The notes under the pieces are model-generated. The model worked only from the letters and a program-made list of their open reading frames with translations, was not told the origin of the DNA and searched no databases. A stretch of 64,000 nucleotides of DNA from Auanema rhodensis (lineage: Eukaryota > Animalia > Nematoda): NCBI GenBank assembly GCA_964057225.1, contig OZ059900.1, forward strand, positions 1,612,001 through 1,676,000. Direction: 5' to 3'. The translations under genes were made by a program, and so were the position numbers. Positions 42,037 to 56,800 of this stretch are shown piece by piece; position 1 is the stretch's first letter, and every line of letters begins with the position of its first letter.

Positions 42037-44120
42037 TACTACACTAAGTATGGTCGTTTTTATGCCTTTAACACCATATACTCACCGATTTTTGGTACAA
42101 AATCTGTGATACTCGTAAATTTTGATCATATTCGGTGAGATTCGAGAATCAAACACACAATACACGAAATAAGTTTATTTTTACGAGTTTGCACTGATAT
42201 TTATTCATTTTGATCAAAAAAGGTCGAAAATAGAAAGAATTTTTGAAATTTCCGAGTTTTGAGTCTAATTTGGCTAAATCGCTCATATACATGATCAGAA
42301 GCATAGTTTTATTGTCTATGACAACAAAAGTCATCAATTAAACGCTAGTGATGTTTAAATACTGATTTTCGCTCAAATAGCATTACTACACTAAGTATGG
42401 TCGTTTTTATGCCTTTAACACCATATACTCACCGATTTTTGGTACAAAATCTGTGATACTCGTAAATTTTGATCATATTCGGTGAGATTCGAGAATCAAA
42501 CACACAATACACGAAATAAGTCTATTTTTATGAGTTTGCACTGATATTTATTCATTTTGATCAAAAAAGGTCGAAAATAGAAAGAATTTTTGAATTTTCC
42601 GAGATTTGAGTCCAATTGGGCTAAATCGCTCATATATATGATCAAAAGCATAGTTTTATTGTCTATGACAACAAAAGTCATCAATTAAACGCTAGTGATG
42701 TTTAAATACTGAATTTCGCTCAAATAGCATTACTACACTAAGTATGGTCGTTTTTATGCCTTTAACACCATATACTCACCGATTTTTGGTACAAAATCTG
42801 TGATACTCGTAAATTTTGATCATATTCGGTGAGATTCGAGGATCGAACACACAATACACGAAATAAGTTTATTTTGACGAGTTTGCACTGATATTTATTC
42901 ATTTTGATCAAAAAAGGTCGAAAATAGAAAGAATTTTTGAAATTTCCGAGTTTTGAGTCTAATTTGGCTAAATCGCTCATATATATGATCAAAAGCATAG
43001 TTTTACTGTCTATGATAACAAAAGTCTTCAAATATACACTAATAATGATTAAATCACTGAATTTCACTCAAATAGCATTACTACACTAAGTATGGTCGTT
43101 TTTATGCCTTTAACACCATATACTCACCGATTTTTGGTACAAAATCTGTGATACTCGTAAATTTTGATCATATTCGGAGAGATTCGAGAATCAAACACAC
43201 AATACACGAAATAAGTTTATTTTTACGAGTTTGCACTGATATTTATTCATTTTGATCAAAAAAGGTCGAAAATAGAAAGAATTTTTGAAATTTCCGAGTT
43301 TTGAGTCTAATTTGGCTAAATCGCTCATATACCTGATCAGAAGCATAGTTTTATTGTCTATGACAACAAAAGTCATCAATTAAACGCTAGTGATGTTTAA
43401 ATACTGATTTTCGCTCAAATAGCATTACTACACTAAGTATGGTCGTTTTTATGCCTTTAACACCATATACTCACCGATTTTTGGTACAAAATCTGTGATA
43501 CTCGTAAATTTTGATCATATTCGGTGAGATTCGAGAATCAAACACACAATACACGAAATAAGTCTATTTTTATGAGTTTGCACTGATATTTATTCATTTT
43601 GATCAAAAAAGGTCGAAAATAGAAAGAATTTTTGAATTTTCCGAGTTTTGAGTCCAATTGGGCTAAATCGCTCATATATATGATCAAAAGCATAGTTTTA
43701 TTGTCTATGACAACAAAAGTCATCAATTAAACGCTAGTGATGTTTAAATACTGAATTTCGCTCAAATAGCATTACTACACTAAGTATGGTCGTTTTTATG
43801 CCTTTAACACCATATACTCACCGATTTTTGGTACAAAATCTGTGATACTCGTAAATTTTGATCATATTCGGTGAGATTCGAGGATCGAACACACAATACA
43901 CGAAATAAGTTTATTTTGACGAGTTTGCACTGATATTTATTCATTTTGATCAAAAAAGGTCGAAAATAGAAAGAATTTTTGAAATTTCCGAGTTTTGAGT
44001 CTAATTTGGCTAAATCGCTCATATATATGATCAAAAGCATAGTTTTACTGTCTATGATAACAAAAGTCTTCAAATATACACTAATAATGATTTAATCACT
44101 GAATTTCACTCAAATAGCAT
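42037..44120. repeat. Tandem trimer HOR (1042 bp x2)
   Basis: ORFs 42149/42496/42762 map to 43191/43538/43804 (+1042). Confidence 0.85.
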
Positions 44121-47100
44121 TACTACACTAAGTATGGTCGTTTTTATGCCTTTAACACCATATACTCACCGATTTTTGGTACAAAATCTGTGATACTCGT
44201 AAATTCTGATCATATTTGGTGAGATTCGAGAATCAAACACACAATACACGAAATAAGTTTATTTTTACGAGTTTGCACTGATATTTATTCATTTTGATCA
44301 AAAAAGGTCGAAAATAGAAAGAATTTTTGAAATTTCCGAGTTTTGAGTCTAATTTGGCTAAATCGCTCATATATATGATCAAAAGCATAGTTTTACTGTC
44401 TATGATAACAAAAGTCTTCAAATATACACTAATAATGTGTAAATCACTGAATTTCACTCAAATAGCATTACTACACTAAGTATGGTCGTTTTTATGCCTT
44501 TAACACCATATACTCACCGATTTTTGGTACAAAATCTGTGATACTCGTAAATTTTGATCATATTCGGTGAGATTCGAGAATCAAACACACAATACACGAA
44601 ATAAGTTTATTTTTACGAGTTTGCACTGATATTTATTCATTTTGATCAAAAAAGGTCGAAAATAGAAAGAATTTTTGAAATTTCCGAGTTTTGAGTCCAA
44701 TTGGGCTAAATCGCTCATATATATGATCAAAAGCATAGTTTTACTGTCTATGATAACAAAAGTCTTCAAATATACACTAATAATGATTTAATCACTGAAT
44801 TTCACTCAAATAGCAATACTACACTAAGTATGGTCGTTTTTATGCCTTTAACACCATATACTCACCGATTTTTGGTACAAAATCTGTGATACTCGTAAAT
44901 TCTGATCATATTCGGTGAGATTCGAGAATCAAACACACAATACACGAAATAAGTTTATTTTTACGAGTTTGCACTGATATTTATTCATTTTGATCAAAAA
45001 AGGTCGAAAATAGAAAGAATTTTTGAAATTTCCGAGTTTTGAGTCTAATTTGGCTAAATCGCTCATATATATGATCAAAAGCATAGTTTTACTGTCTATG
45101 ATAACAAAAGTCTTCAAATATACACTAATAATGTGTAAATCACTGAATTTCACTCAAATAGCATTACTACACTAAGTATGGTCGTTTTTATGCCTTTAAC
45201 ACCATATACTCACCGATTTTTGGTACAAAATCTGTGATACTCGTAAATTTTGATCATATTCGTTAAGATCCGAAAATCAAACACACAATACACAAAATAA
45301 GTTTATTTTTACAAGTTTGCACTGATATTTATTCATTTTGATCAAAAAAGGTCGAAAATAGAAAGAATTTTTGAAATTTCCGAGTTTTGAGTCTAATTTG
45401 GCTAAATCGCTCATATATATGATCAAAAGCATAGTTTTATTGTCTATGACAACAAAAGTCATCAATTAAACGCTAGTGATGTTTAAATACTGAATTTCGC
45501 TCAAATAGCATTACTACACTAAGTATGGTCGTTTTTATGCCTTTAACACCATATACTCACCGATTTTTGGTACAAAATCTGTAATACTCGTAAATTTTGA
45601 TCATATTCGGTGAGATTCGAGAATCAAACACACAATACACGAAATAAGTTTATTTTGACGAGTTTGCACTGATATTTATTCATTTTGATCAAAAAAGGTC
45701 GAAAATAGAAAGAATTTTTGAATTTTCCGAGTTTTGAGTCCAATTGGGCTAAATCGCTCATATATATGATCAAAAGCATAGTTTTACTGTCTATGATAAC
45801 AAAAGTCTTCAAATATACACTAATGATGTGTAAATCACTGAATTTCACTCAAATAGCTTTACTACACTAAGTATGGTCGTTTTTATGCCTTTAACACCAT
45901 ATACTCACCGATTTTTGGTACAAAATCTGTAATACTCGTAAATTTTGATCATATTCGTTAAGATTTGAGAATCAAACATACAATACACAAAATCAGTTTA
46001 TTTTTATGAGCTTGCACTGATATATATTCATTTTGATCAAAAAAGGTCGAAAATAGAAAGAATTTTTGAAATTTCCGAGTTTTGAGTCTAATTTGGCTAA
46101 ATCTCTCATATATATGATCAAAAGCATAGTTTTACTGTCTATGATAACAAAAGTCTTCAAATATACACTAATAATGTGTAAATCACTGAATTTCACTCAA
46201 ATAGCAATACTACACTAAGTATGGTCGTTTTTATGCCTTTAACACCATATACTCACCGATTTTTGGTACAAAATCTGTGATACTCGTAAATTTTGATCAT
46301 ATTCGGTGAGATTCGAGGATCGAACACACAATACACGAAATAAGTTTATTTTGACGAGTTTGCACTGATATTTATTCATTTTGATCAAAAAAGGTCGAAA
46401 ATAGAAAGAATTTTTGAAATTTCCGAGTTTTGAGTCTAATTTGGCTAAATCGCTCATATATATGATCAAAAGCATAGTTTTACTGTCTATGATAACAAAA
46501 GTCTTCAAATATACACTAATAATGATTTAATCACTGAATTTCACTCAAATAGCATTACTACACTGAGTATGGTCGTTTTTATGCCTTTAACACCATATAC
46601 TCACCGATTTTTGGTACAAAATCTGTGATACTCGTAAATTCTGATCATATTTGGTGAGATTCGAGAATCAAACACACAATACACGAAATAAGTTTATTTT
46701 TACGAGTTTGCACTGATATTTATTCATTTTGATCAAAAAAGGTCGAAAATAGAAAGAATTTTTGAAATTTCCGAGTTTTGAGTCTAATTTGGCTAAATCG
46801 CTCATATATATGATCAAAAGCATAGTTTTACTGTCTATGATAACAAAAGTCTTCAAATATACACTAATAATGTGTAAATCACTGAATTTCACTCAAATAG
46901 CATTACTACACTAAGTATGGTCGTTTTTATGCCTTTAACACCATATACTCACCGATTTTTGGTACAAAATCTGTGATACTCGTAAATTTTGATCATATTC
47001 GGTGAGATTCGAGAATCAAACACACAATACACGAAATAAGTTTATTTTTACGAGTTTGCACTGATATTTATTCATTTTGATCAAAAAAGGTCGAAAATAG

Positions 47101-47250
47101 AAAGAATTTTTGAAATTTCCGAGTTTTGAGTCTAATTTGGCTAAATCGCTCATATATATGATCAAAAGCATAGTTCTATTGTCTATGACAACAAAAGTCA
47201 TCAATTAAACGCTAGTGATGTTTAAATACTGAATTTCGCTCAAATAGCAT

Positions 47251-50200
47251 TACTACACTAAGTATGGTCGTTTTTATGCCTTTAACACCATATACTCACC
47301 GATTTTTGGTACAAAATCTGTAATACTCGTAAATTTTGATCATATTCGTTAAGATTTGAGAATCAAACATACAATACACAAAATCAGTCTATTTTTATGA
47401 GCTTGCACTGATATATATTCATTTTGATCAAAAAAGGTCGAAAATAGAAAGAATTTTTGAAATTTACGAGTTTTGAGTCTAATTTGGCTAAATCGCTCAT
47501 ATATATGATCAGAAGCATAGTTTTATTGTCTATGACAACGAAAGTCATTAATTAAACACTAATGATGTTTAAATCACTAAATTTCGCTCAAATAGCATTA
47601 CTACACTAAGTATGGTCGTTTTTATGCCTTTAACACCATATACTCACCGATTTTTGGTACAAAATCTGTGATACTCGTAAATTTTGATCATATTCGTTAA
47701 GATTCGAAAATCAAACACACAATACACGAAATAAGTTTATTTTTACAAGTTTGCACTGATATTTATTCATTTTGATCAAAAAAGGTCGAAAATAGAAAGA
47801 ATTTTTGAAATTTCCGAGTTTTGAGTCTAATTTGGCTAAATCGCTCATATATATGATCAAAAGCATAGTTTTACTGTCTATGATAACAAAAGTCTTCAAA
47901 TATACACTAATAATGATTAAATCACTGAATTTCACTCAAATAGCATTACTACACTAAGTATGGTCGTTTTTATGCCTTTAACACCATATACTCACCGATT
48001 TTTGGTACAAAATCTGTAATACTCGTAAATTTTGATCATATTCGGTGAGATTCGAGAATCAAACACACAATACACGAAATAAGTTTATTTTGACGAGTTT
48101 GCACTGATATTTATTCATTTTGATCAAAAAAGGTCGAAAATAGAAAGAATTTTTGAATTTTCCGAGTTTTGAGTCCAATTGGGCTAAATCGCTCATATAT
48201 ATGATCAAAAGCATAGTTTTACTGTCTATGATAACAAAAGTCTTCAAATATACACTAATGATGTGTAAATCACTGAATTTCACTCAAATAGCTTTACTAC
48301 ACTAAGTATGGTCGTTTTTATGCCTTTAACACCATATACTCACCGATTTTTGGTACAAAATCTGTAATACTCGTAAATTTTGATCATATTCGTTAAGATT
48401 TGAGAATCAAACATACAATACACAAAATCAGTCTATTTTTATGAGCTTGCACTGATATATATTCATTTTGATCAAAAAAGGTCGAAAATAGAAAGAATTT
48501 TTGAAATTTCCGAGTTTTGAGTCTAATTTGGCTAAATCTCTCATATATATGATCAAAAGCATAGTTTTACTGTCTATGATAACAAAAGTCTTCAAATATA
48601 CACTAATAATGTGTAAATCACTGAATTTCACTCAAATAGCTTTACTACACTAACTATGGTCGTTTTTATGCCTTTAACACCATATACTCAACGATTTTTG
48701 GTACAAAATCTGTAATACTCGTAAATTTTGATCATATTCGTTAAGATTTGAGAATCAAACATACAATACACAAAATCAGTCTATTTTTATGAGCTTGCAC
48801 TGATATATATTCATTTTGATCAAAAAAGGTCGAAAATAGAAAGAATTTTTGAAATTTCCGAGTTTTGAGTCTAATTTGGCTAAATCGCTCATATATATGA
48901 TCAGAAGCATAGTTTTATTGTCTATGACAACAAAAATCATCAATTAAACGCTAGTGATGTTTAAATACTGATTTTCGCTCAAATAGCATTACTACACTAA
49001 GTATGGTCGTTTTTATGCCTTTAACACCATATACTCACCGATTTTTGGTACAAAATCTGTAATACTCGTAAAATTTGATCATATTTGTTAAGATTTGAGA
49101 ATCAAACACACAATACACAAAATCAGTCTATTTTTATGAGTTTACACTGATATATATTCATTTTCATCAAAAAAGGTCGAAAATAGAAAGAATTTTTGAA
49201 ATTTCCGAGTTTTGAGTCTAATTTGGCTAAATCGCTCATATACATGATCAGAAGCATAGTTTTATTGTCTATGACAACAAAAATCATCAATTAAACGCTA
49301 GTGATGTTTAAATATTGATTTTCGCTCAAATAGCATTACTACACTAAGTATGGTCGTTTTTATGCCTTTAACACCATATACTCACCGATTTTTGGTACAA
49401 AATCTGTAATACTCGTAAATTTTGATCATATTCGTTAAGATTTGAAAATCAAACACACAATAAACAAAATCAGTCTATTTTTATGAGTTTGCACTGATAT
49501 ATATTCATTTTGATCAAAAAAGGTCGAAAATAGAAAGAATTTTTGAATTTTCCGAGTTTTGAGTCCAATTGGGCTAAATCGCTCATATATATGATCAAAA
49601 GCATAGTTTTACTGTCTATGATAACAAAAGTCTTCAAATATACACTAATAATGATCAAATCACTGAATTTCACTCAAATAGCATTACTACACTAAGTATG
49701 GTCGTTTTTATGCCTTTAACACCATATACTCACCGATTTTTGGTACAAAATCTGTAATACTCGTAAATTTTGATCATATTCGTTAAGATTTGAGAATCAA
49801 ACATACAATACACAAAATCAGTCTATTTTTATGAGCTTGCACTGATATATATTCATTTTGATCAAAAAAGGTCGAAAATAGAAAGAATTTTTGAAATTTA
49901 CGAGTTTTGAGTCTAATTTGGCTAAATCGCTCATATATATGATCAGAAGCATAGTTTTATTGTCTATGACAACGAAAGTCATTAATTAAACACTAATGAT
50001 GTTTAAATCACTAAATTTCGCTCAAATAGCATTACTACACTAAGTATGGTCGTTTTTATGCCTTTAACACCATATACTCACCGATTTTTGGTACAAAATC
50101 TGTAATACTCGTAAATTTTGATCATATTCGTTAAGATTTGAGAATCAAACATACAATACACAAAATCAGTCTATTTTTATGAGCTTGCACTGATATATAT

Positions 50201-53200
50201 TCATTTTGATCAAAAAAGGTCGAAAATAGAAAGAATTTTTGAAATTTCCGAGTTTTGAGTCTAATTTGGCTAAATCTCTCATATATATGATCAAAAGCAT
50301 AGTTTTACTGTCTATGATAACAAAAGTCTTCAAATATACACTAATAATGTGTAAATCACTGAATTTCACTCAAATAGCTTTACTACACTAACTATGGTCG
50401 TTTTTATGCCTTTAACACCATATACTCAACGATTTTTGGTACAAAATCTGTAATACTCGTAAATTTTGATCATATTCGTTAAGATTTGAGAATCAAACAT
50501 ACAATACACAAAATCAGTCTATTTTTATGAGCTTGCACTGATATATATTCATTTTGATCAAAAAAGGTCGAAAATAGAAAGAATTTTTGAAATTTCCGAG
50601 TTTTGAGTCTAATTTGGCTAAATCGCTCATATATATGATCAGAAGCATAGTTTTATTGTCTATGACAACAAAAATCATCAATTAAACGCTAGTGATGTTT
50701 AAATACTGATTTTCGCTCAAATAGCATTACTACACTAAGTATGGTCGTTTTTATGCCTTTAACACCATATACTCACCGATTTTTGGTACAAAATCTGTAA
50801 TACTCGTAAAATTTGATCATATTTGTTAAGATTTGAGAATCAAACACACAATACACAAAATCAGTCTATTTTTATGAGTTTACACTGATATATATTCATT
50901 TTCATCAAAAAAGGTCGAAAATAGAAAGAATTTTTGAAATTTCCGAGTTTTGAGTCTAATTTGGCTAAATCGCTCATATACATGATCAGAAGCATAGTTT
51001 TATTGTCTATGACAACAAAAATCATCAATTAAACGCTAGTGATGTTTAAATATTGATTTTCGCTCAAATAGCATTACTACACTAAGTATGGTCGTTTTTA
51101 TGCCTTTAACACCATATACTCACCGATTTTTGGTACAAAATCTGTAATACTCGTAAATTTTGATCATATTCGTTAAGATTTGAAAATCAAACACACAATA
51201 AACAAAATCAGTCTATTTTTATGAGTTTGCACTGATATATATTCATTTTGATCAAAAAAGGTCGAAAATAGAAAGAATTTTTGAATTTTCCGAGTTTTGA
51301 GTCCAATTGGGCTAAATCGCTCATATATATGATCAAAAGCATAGTTTTACTGTCTATGATAACAAAAGTCTTCAAATATACACTAATAATGATCAAATCA
51401 CTGAATTTCACTCAAATAGCATTACTACACTAAGTATGGTCGTTTTTATGCCTTTAACACCATATACTCACCGATTTTTGGTACAAAATCTGTAATACTC
51501 GTAAATTTTGATCATATTCGTTAAGATTTGAGAATCAAACATACAATACACAAAATCAGTCTATTTTTATGAGCTTGCACTGATATATATTCATTTTGAT
51601 CAAAAAAGGTCGAAAATAGAAAGAATTTTTGAAATTTACGAGTTTTGAGTCTAATTTGGCTAAATCGCTCATATATATGATCAGAAGCATAGTTTTATTG
51701 TCTATGACAACGAAAGTCATTAATTAAACACTAATGATGTTTAAATCACTAAATTTCGCTCAAATAGCATTACTACACTAAGTATGGTCGTTTTTATGCC
51801 TTTAACACCATATACTCACCGATTTTTGGTACAAAATCTGTGATACTCGTAAATTTTGATCATATTCGTTAAGATTCGAAAATCAAACACACAATACACG
51901 AAATAAGTTTATTTTTACAAGTTTGCACTGATATTTATTCATTTTGATCAAAAAAGGTCGAAAATAGAAAGAATTTTTGAAATTTCCGAGTTTTGAGTCT
52001 AATTTGGCTAAATCGCTCATATATATGATCAAAAGCATAGTTTTACTGTCTATGATAACAAAAGTCTTCAAATATACACTAATAATGATTAAATCACTGA
52101 ATTTCACTCAAATAGCATTACTACACTAAGTATGGTCGTTTTTATGCCTTTAACACCATATACTCACCGATTTTTGGTACAAAATCTGTAATACTCGTAA
52201 ATTTTGATCATATTCGGTGAGATTCGAGAATCAAACACACAATACACGAAATAAGTTTATTTTGACGAGTTTGCACTGATATTTATTCATTTTGATCAAA
52301 AAAGGTCGAAAATAGAAAGAATTTTTGAATTTTCCGAGTTTTGAGTCCAATTGGGCTAAATCGCTCATATATATGATCAAAAGCATAGTTTTACTGTCTA
52401 TGATAACAAAAGTCTTCAAATATACACTAATGATGTGTAAATCACTGAATTTCACTCAAATAGCTTTACTACACTAAGTATGGTCGTTTTTATGCCTTTA
52501 ACACCATATACTCACCGATTTTTGGTACAAAATCTGTAATACTCGTAAATTTTGATCATATTCGTTAAGATTTGAGAATCAAACATACAATACACAAAAT
52601 CAGTCTATTTTTATGAGCTTGCACTGATATATATTCATTTTGATCAAAAAAGGTCGAAAATAGAAAGAATTTTTGAAATTTCCGAGTTTTGAGTCTAATT
52701 TGGCTAAATCTCTCATATATATGATCAAAAGCATAGTTTTACTGTCTATGATAACAAAAGTCTTCAAATATACACTAATAATGTGTAAATCACTGAATTT
52801 CACTCAAATAGCTTTACTACACTAACTATGGTCGTTTTTATGCCTTTAACACCATATACTCAACGATTTTTGGTACAAAATCTGTAATACTCGTAAATTT
52901 TGATCATATTCGTTAAGATTTGAGAATCAAACATACAATACACAAAATCAGTCTATTTTTATGAGCTTGCACTGATATATATTCATTTTGATCAAAAAAG
53001 GTCGAAAATAGAAAGAATTTTTGAAATTTCCGAGTTTTGAGTCTAATTTGGCTAAATCGCTCATATATATGATCAGAAGCATAGTTTTATTGTCTATGAC
53101 AACAAAAATCATCAATTAAACGCTAGTGATGTTTAAATACTGATTTTCGCTCAAATAGCATTACTACACTAAGTATGGTCGTTTTTATGCCTTTAACACC

Positions 53201-53856
53201 ATATACTCACCGATTTTTGGTACAAAATCTGTAATACTCGTAAAATTTGATCATATTTGTTAAGATTTGAGAATCAAACACACAATACACAAAATCAGTC
53301 TATTTTTATGAGTTTACACTGATATATATTCATTTTCATCAAAAAAGGTCGAAAATAGAAAGAATTTTTGAAATTTCCGAGTTTTGAGTCTAATTTGGCT
53401 AAATCGCTCATATACATGATCAGAAGCATAGTTTTATTGTCTATGACAACAAAAATCATCAATTAAACGCTAGTGATGTTTAAATATTGATTTTCGCTCA
53501 AATAGCATTACTACACTAAGTATGGTCGTTTTTATGCCTTTAACACCATATACTCACCGATTTTTGGTACAAAATCTGTAATACTCGTAAATTTTGATCA
53601 TATTCGTTAAGATTTGAAAATCAAACACACAATAAACAAAATCAGTCTATTTTTATGAGTTTGCACTGATATATATTCATTTTGATCAAAAAAGGTCGAA
53701 AATAGAAAGAATTTTTGAATTTTCCGAGTTTTGAGTCCAATTGGGCTAAATCGCTCATATATATGATCAAAAGCATAGTTTTACTGTCTATGATAACAAA
53801 AGTCTTCAAATATACACTAATAATGATCAAATCACTGAATTTCACTCAAATAGCAT
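47251..53856. repeat. HOR cluster: 7-mer (a-g), 5-mer (a,d-g), 7-mer (a-g)
   Basis: Units start at 47251, 49685 and 51423. ORF offsets are +1738 (48428 to 50166), +2434 (50166 to 52600) and +4172 (47711 to 51883). Markers: ACAACGAAAG, AAATCTCTCAT, CACTAACTATGG, CTCAACGA, TTTACACTGA, AAATATTGA. Confidence 0.9.
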
Positions 53857-56800
53857 TACTACACTAAGTATGGTCGTTTTTATGCCTTTAACACCATATA
53901 CTCACCGATTTTTGGTACAAAATCTGTGAAACTCGTAAATTTTGATCATATTCGTTAAGATTTGAGAATCAAACATACAATACACAAAATCAGTCTATTT
54001 TTATGAGCTTGCACTGATATATATTCATTTTGATCAAAAAAGGTCGAAAATAGAATGAATTTTTGAAATTTCCGAGTTTTGAGTCTAATTTGGCTAAATC
54101 GCTCATATATATGATCAAAAGCATAGTTTTACTGTCTATGATAACAAAAGTCTTCAAATATACACTAATAATGATTAAATCACTGATTTTCAGTCAAATA
54201 GCATTACTACACTAAGTATGGTCGTTTTTATGCCTTTAACACCATATACTCACCGATTTTTGGTACAAAATCTGTAATACTTGTAAATTTTGATCATATT
54301 TGTTAAGATTCGAGAATCAAACACATAATACACGAAATAAGTCTATTTTTACAAGTTTGCACTGATATTTATTCATTTTGATCAAAAAAGGTCGAAAATA
54401 GAAAAAATTTTTGAAATTTCCGAGTTTTGAGTCCAATTTGGCTAAATCGCTCATATATAAGATCAAAAGCATAGTTTTATTGTCTATAACAACAAAAGTC
54501 ATCAATTAAACGCTAGTGATATTTAAATACTGATTTTCGCTCAAGTAGCATTACTACACTAAGTATGGTCGTTTTCATGCCTTTAACACCATATACTCAC
54601 CGATTTTTGGTACAAAATCTGTAATACTTGTAAATTTCGATCATATTCGTTAAGATTTGAGAATCGAACATACAATACACAAAATCGGTCTATTTTTATG
54701 AGCTTGCACTGATATATATTCATTTTGATCAAAAAAGGTCGAAAATAGAATGAATTTTTGAAATTTCCGAGTTTTGAGTCTAATTTGGCTAAATCGCTTA
54801 TATATATGATCAAAAGCATAGTTTTACTGTCTATGATAACAAAAGTCTTCAAATATACACTAATAATGATTAAATCACTGATTTTCAGTCAAATAGCATT
54901 ACTACACTAAGTATGGTCGTTTTTATGCCTTTAACACCATATACTCACCGATTTTTGGTACAAAATCTGTAATACTTGTAAATTTTGATCATATTTGTTA
55001 AGATTCGAGAATCAAACACATAATACACGAAATAAGTCTATTTTTACAAGTTTGCACTGATATTTATTCATTTTGATCAAAAAAGGTCGAAAATAGAAAA
55101 AATTTTTGAAATTTCCGAGTTTTGAGTCCAATTTGGCTAAATCGCTCATATATAAGATCAAAAGCATAGTTTTATTGTCTACAACAACAAAAGTCATCAA
55201 TTAAACGCTAGTGATATTTAAATACTGATTTTCGCTCAAGTAGCATTACTACACTAAGTATGGTCGTTTTCATGCCTTTAACACCATATACTCACCGATT
55301 TTTGGTACAAAATCTGTAATACTTGTAAATTTTGATCATATTCGTTAAGATTTGAGAATCGAACATACAATACACAAAATCGGTCTATTTTTATGAGCTT
55401 GCACTGATATATATTCATTTTGATCAAAAAAGGTCGAAAATAGAAAGAATTTTTGAAATTTCCGAGTTTTGAGTCTAATTTGGCTAAATCGCTCATATAT
55501 ATGATCAGAAGCATAGTTTTAATGTCTATGACAACAAAAATCATCAATTAAACGCTAGTGATGTTTAAATACTGATTTTCGCTCAAATAGCATTACTACA
55601 CTAAGTATGGTCGTTTTTATGCTTTTAACACCATATACTCACCGATTTTTGGTACAAAATCTGTAATACTCGTAAAATTTGATCATATTTGTTAAGATTT
55701 GAGAATCAAACACACAATACACAAAATCAGTCTATTTTTATGAGTTTACACTGATATATATTCATTTTCATCAAAAAAGGTCGAAAATAGAAAGAATTTT
55801 TGAATTTTCCGAGTTTTGAGTCGAATTGGGCTAAATCGCTCATATATATGATCAAAAGCATAGTTTTACCGTCTATGATAACAAAAGTCTTCAAATATAC
55901 ACTAATAATGATTAAATCACTGAATTTCACTCAAATAGCATTACTACACTAAGTATGGTCGTTTTTATGCCTTTAACACCATATACTCACCGATTTTTGG
56001 TACAAAATCTGTAATACTTGTAAATTTTGATCATATTTGTTAAGATTCGAGAATCAAACACATAATACACAAAATAAGTCTATTTTTACAAGTTTGCACT
56101 GATATTTATTCATTTTGATCAAAAAAGGTCGAAAATAGAAAGAATTTTTGAAATTTCCGAGTTTTGAGTCCAATTTGGCTAAATCGCTCATATATATGAT
56201 CAAAAGCATAGTTTTATTGTCTATAACAACAAAAGTCATCAATTAAACGCTAGTGATGTTTAAATACTGAATTTCGCTCAAATAGCATTACTACACTAAG
56301 TATGGTCGTTTTTATGCCTTTAACACCATATACTCACCGATTTTCGGTACAAAATCTGTAATACTCGTAAATTTTGATCATATTCGTTAAGATTTGAGAA
56401 TCAAACATACAATACACAAAATCAGTCTATTTTTATGAGCTTGCACTGATATATATTCATTTTGATCAAAAAAGGTCGAAAATAGAAAGAATTTTTGAAA
56501 TTTCCGAGTTTTGAGTCTAATTTGGCTAAATCGCTCATATATATGATCAAAAGCATAGTTTTATTGTCTATGACAACAAAAGTCATCAATTAAATGCTAG
56601 TGATGTTTAAATACTGAATTTCGCTCAAATAGCATTACTACACTAAGTATGGTCGTTTTTATGCCTTTAACACCATATACTCACCGATTTTTGGTACAAA
56701 ATCTGTAATACTCGTAAATTTTGATCATATTCGGTGAGATTCGAGAATCAAACACACAATACACGAAATAAGTTTATTTTTACGAGTTTGCACTGATATT

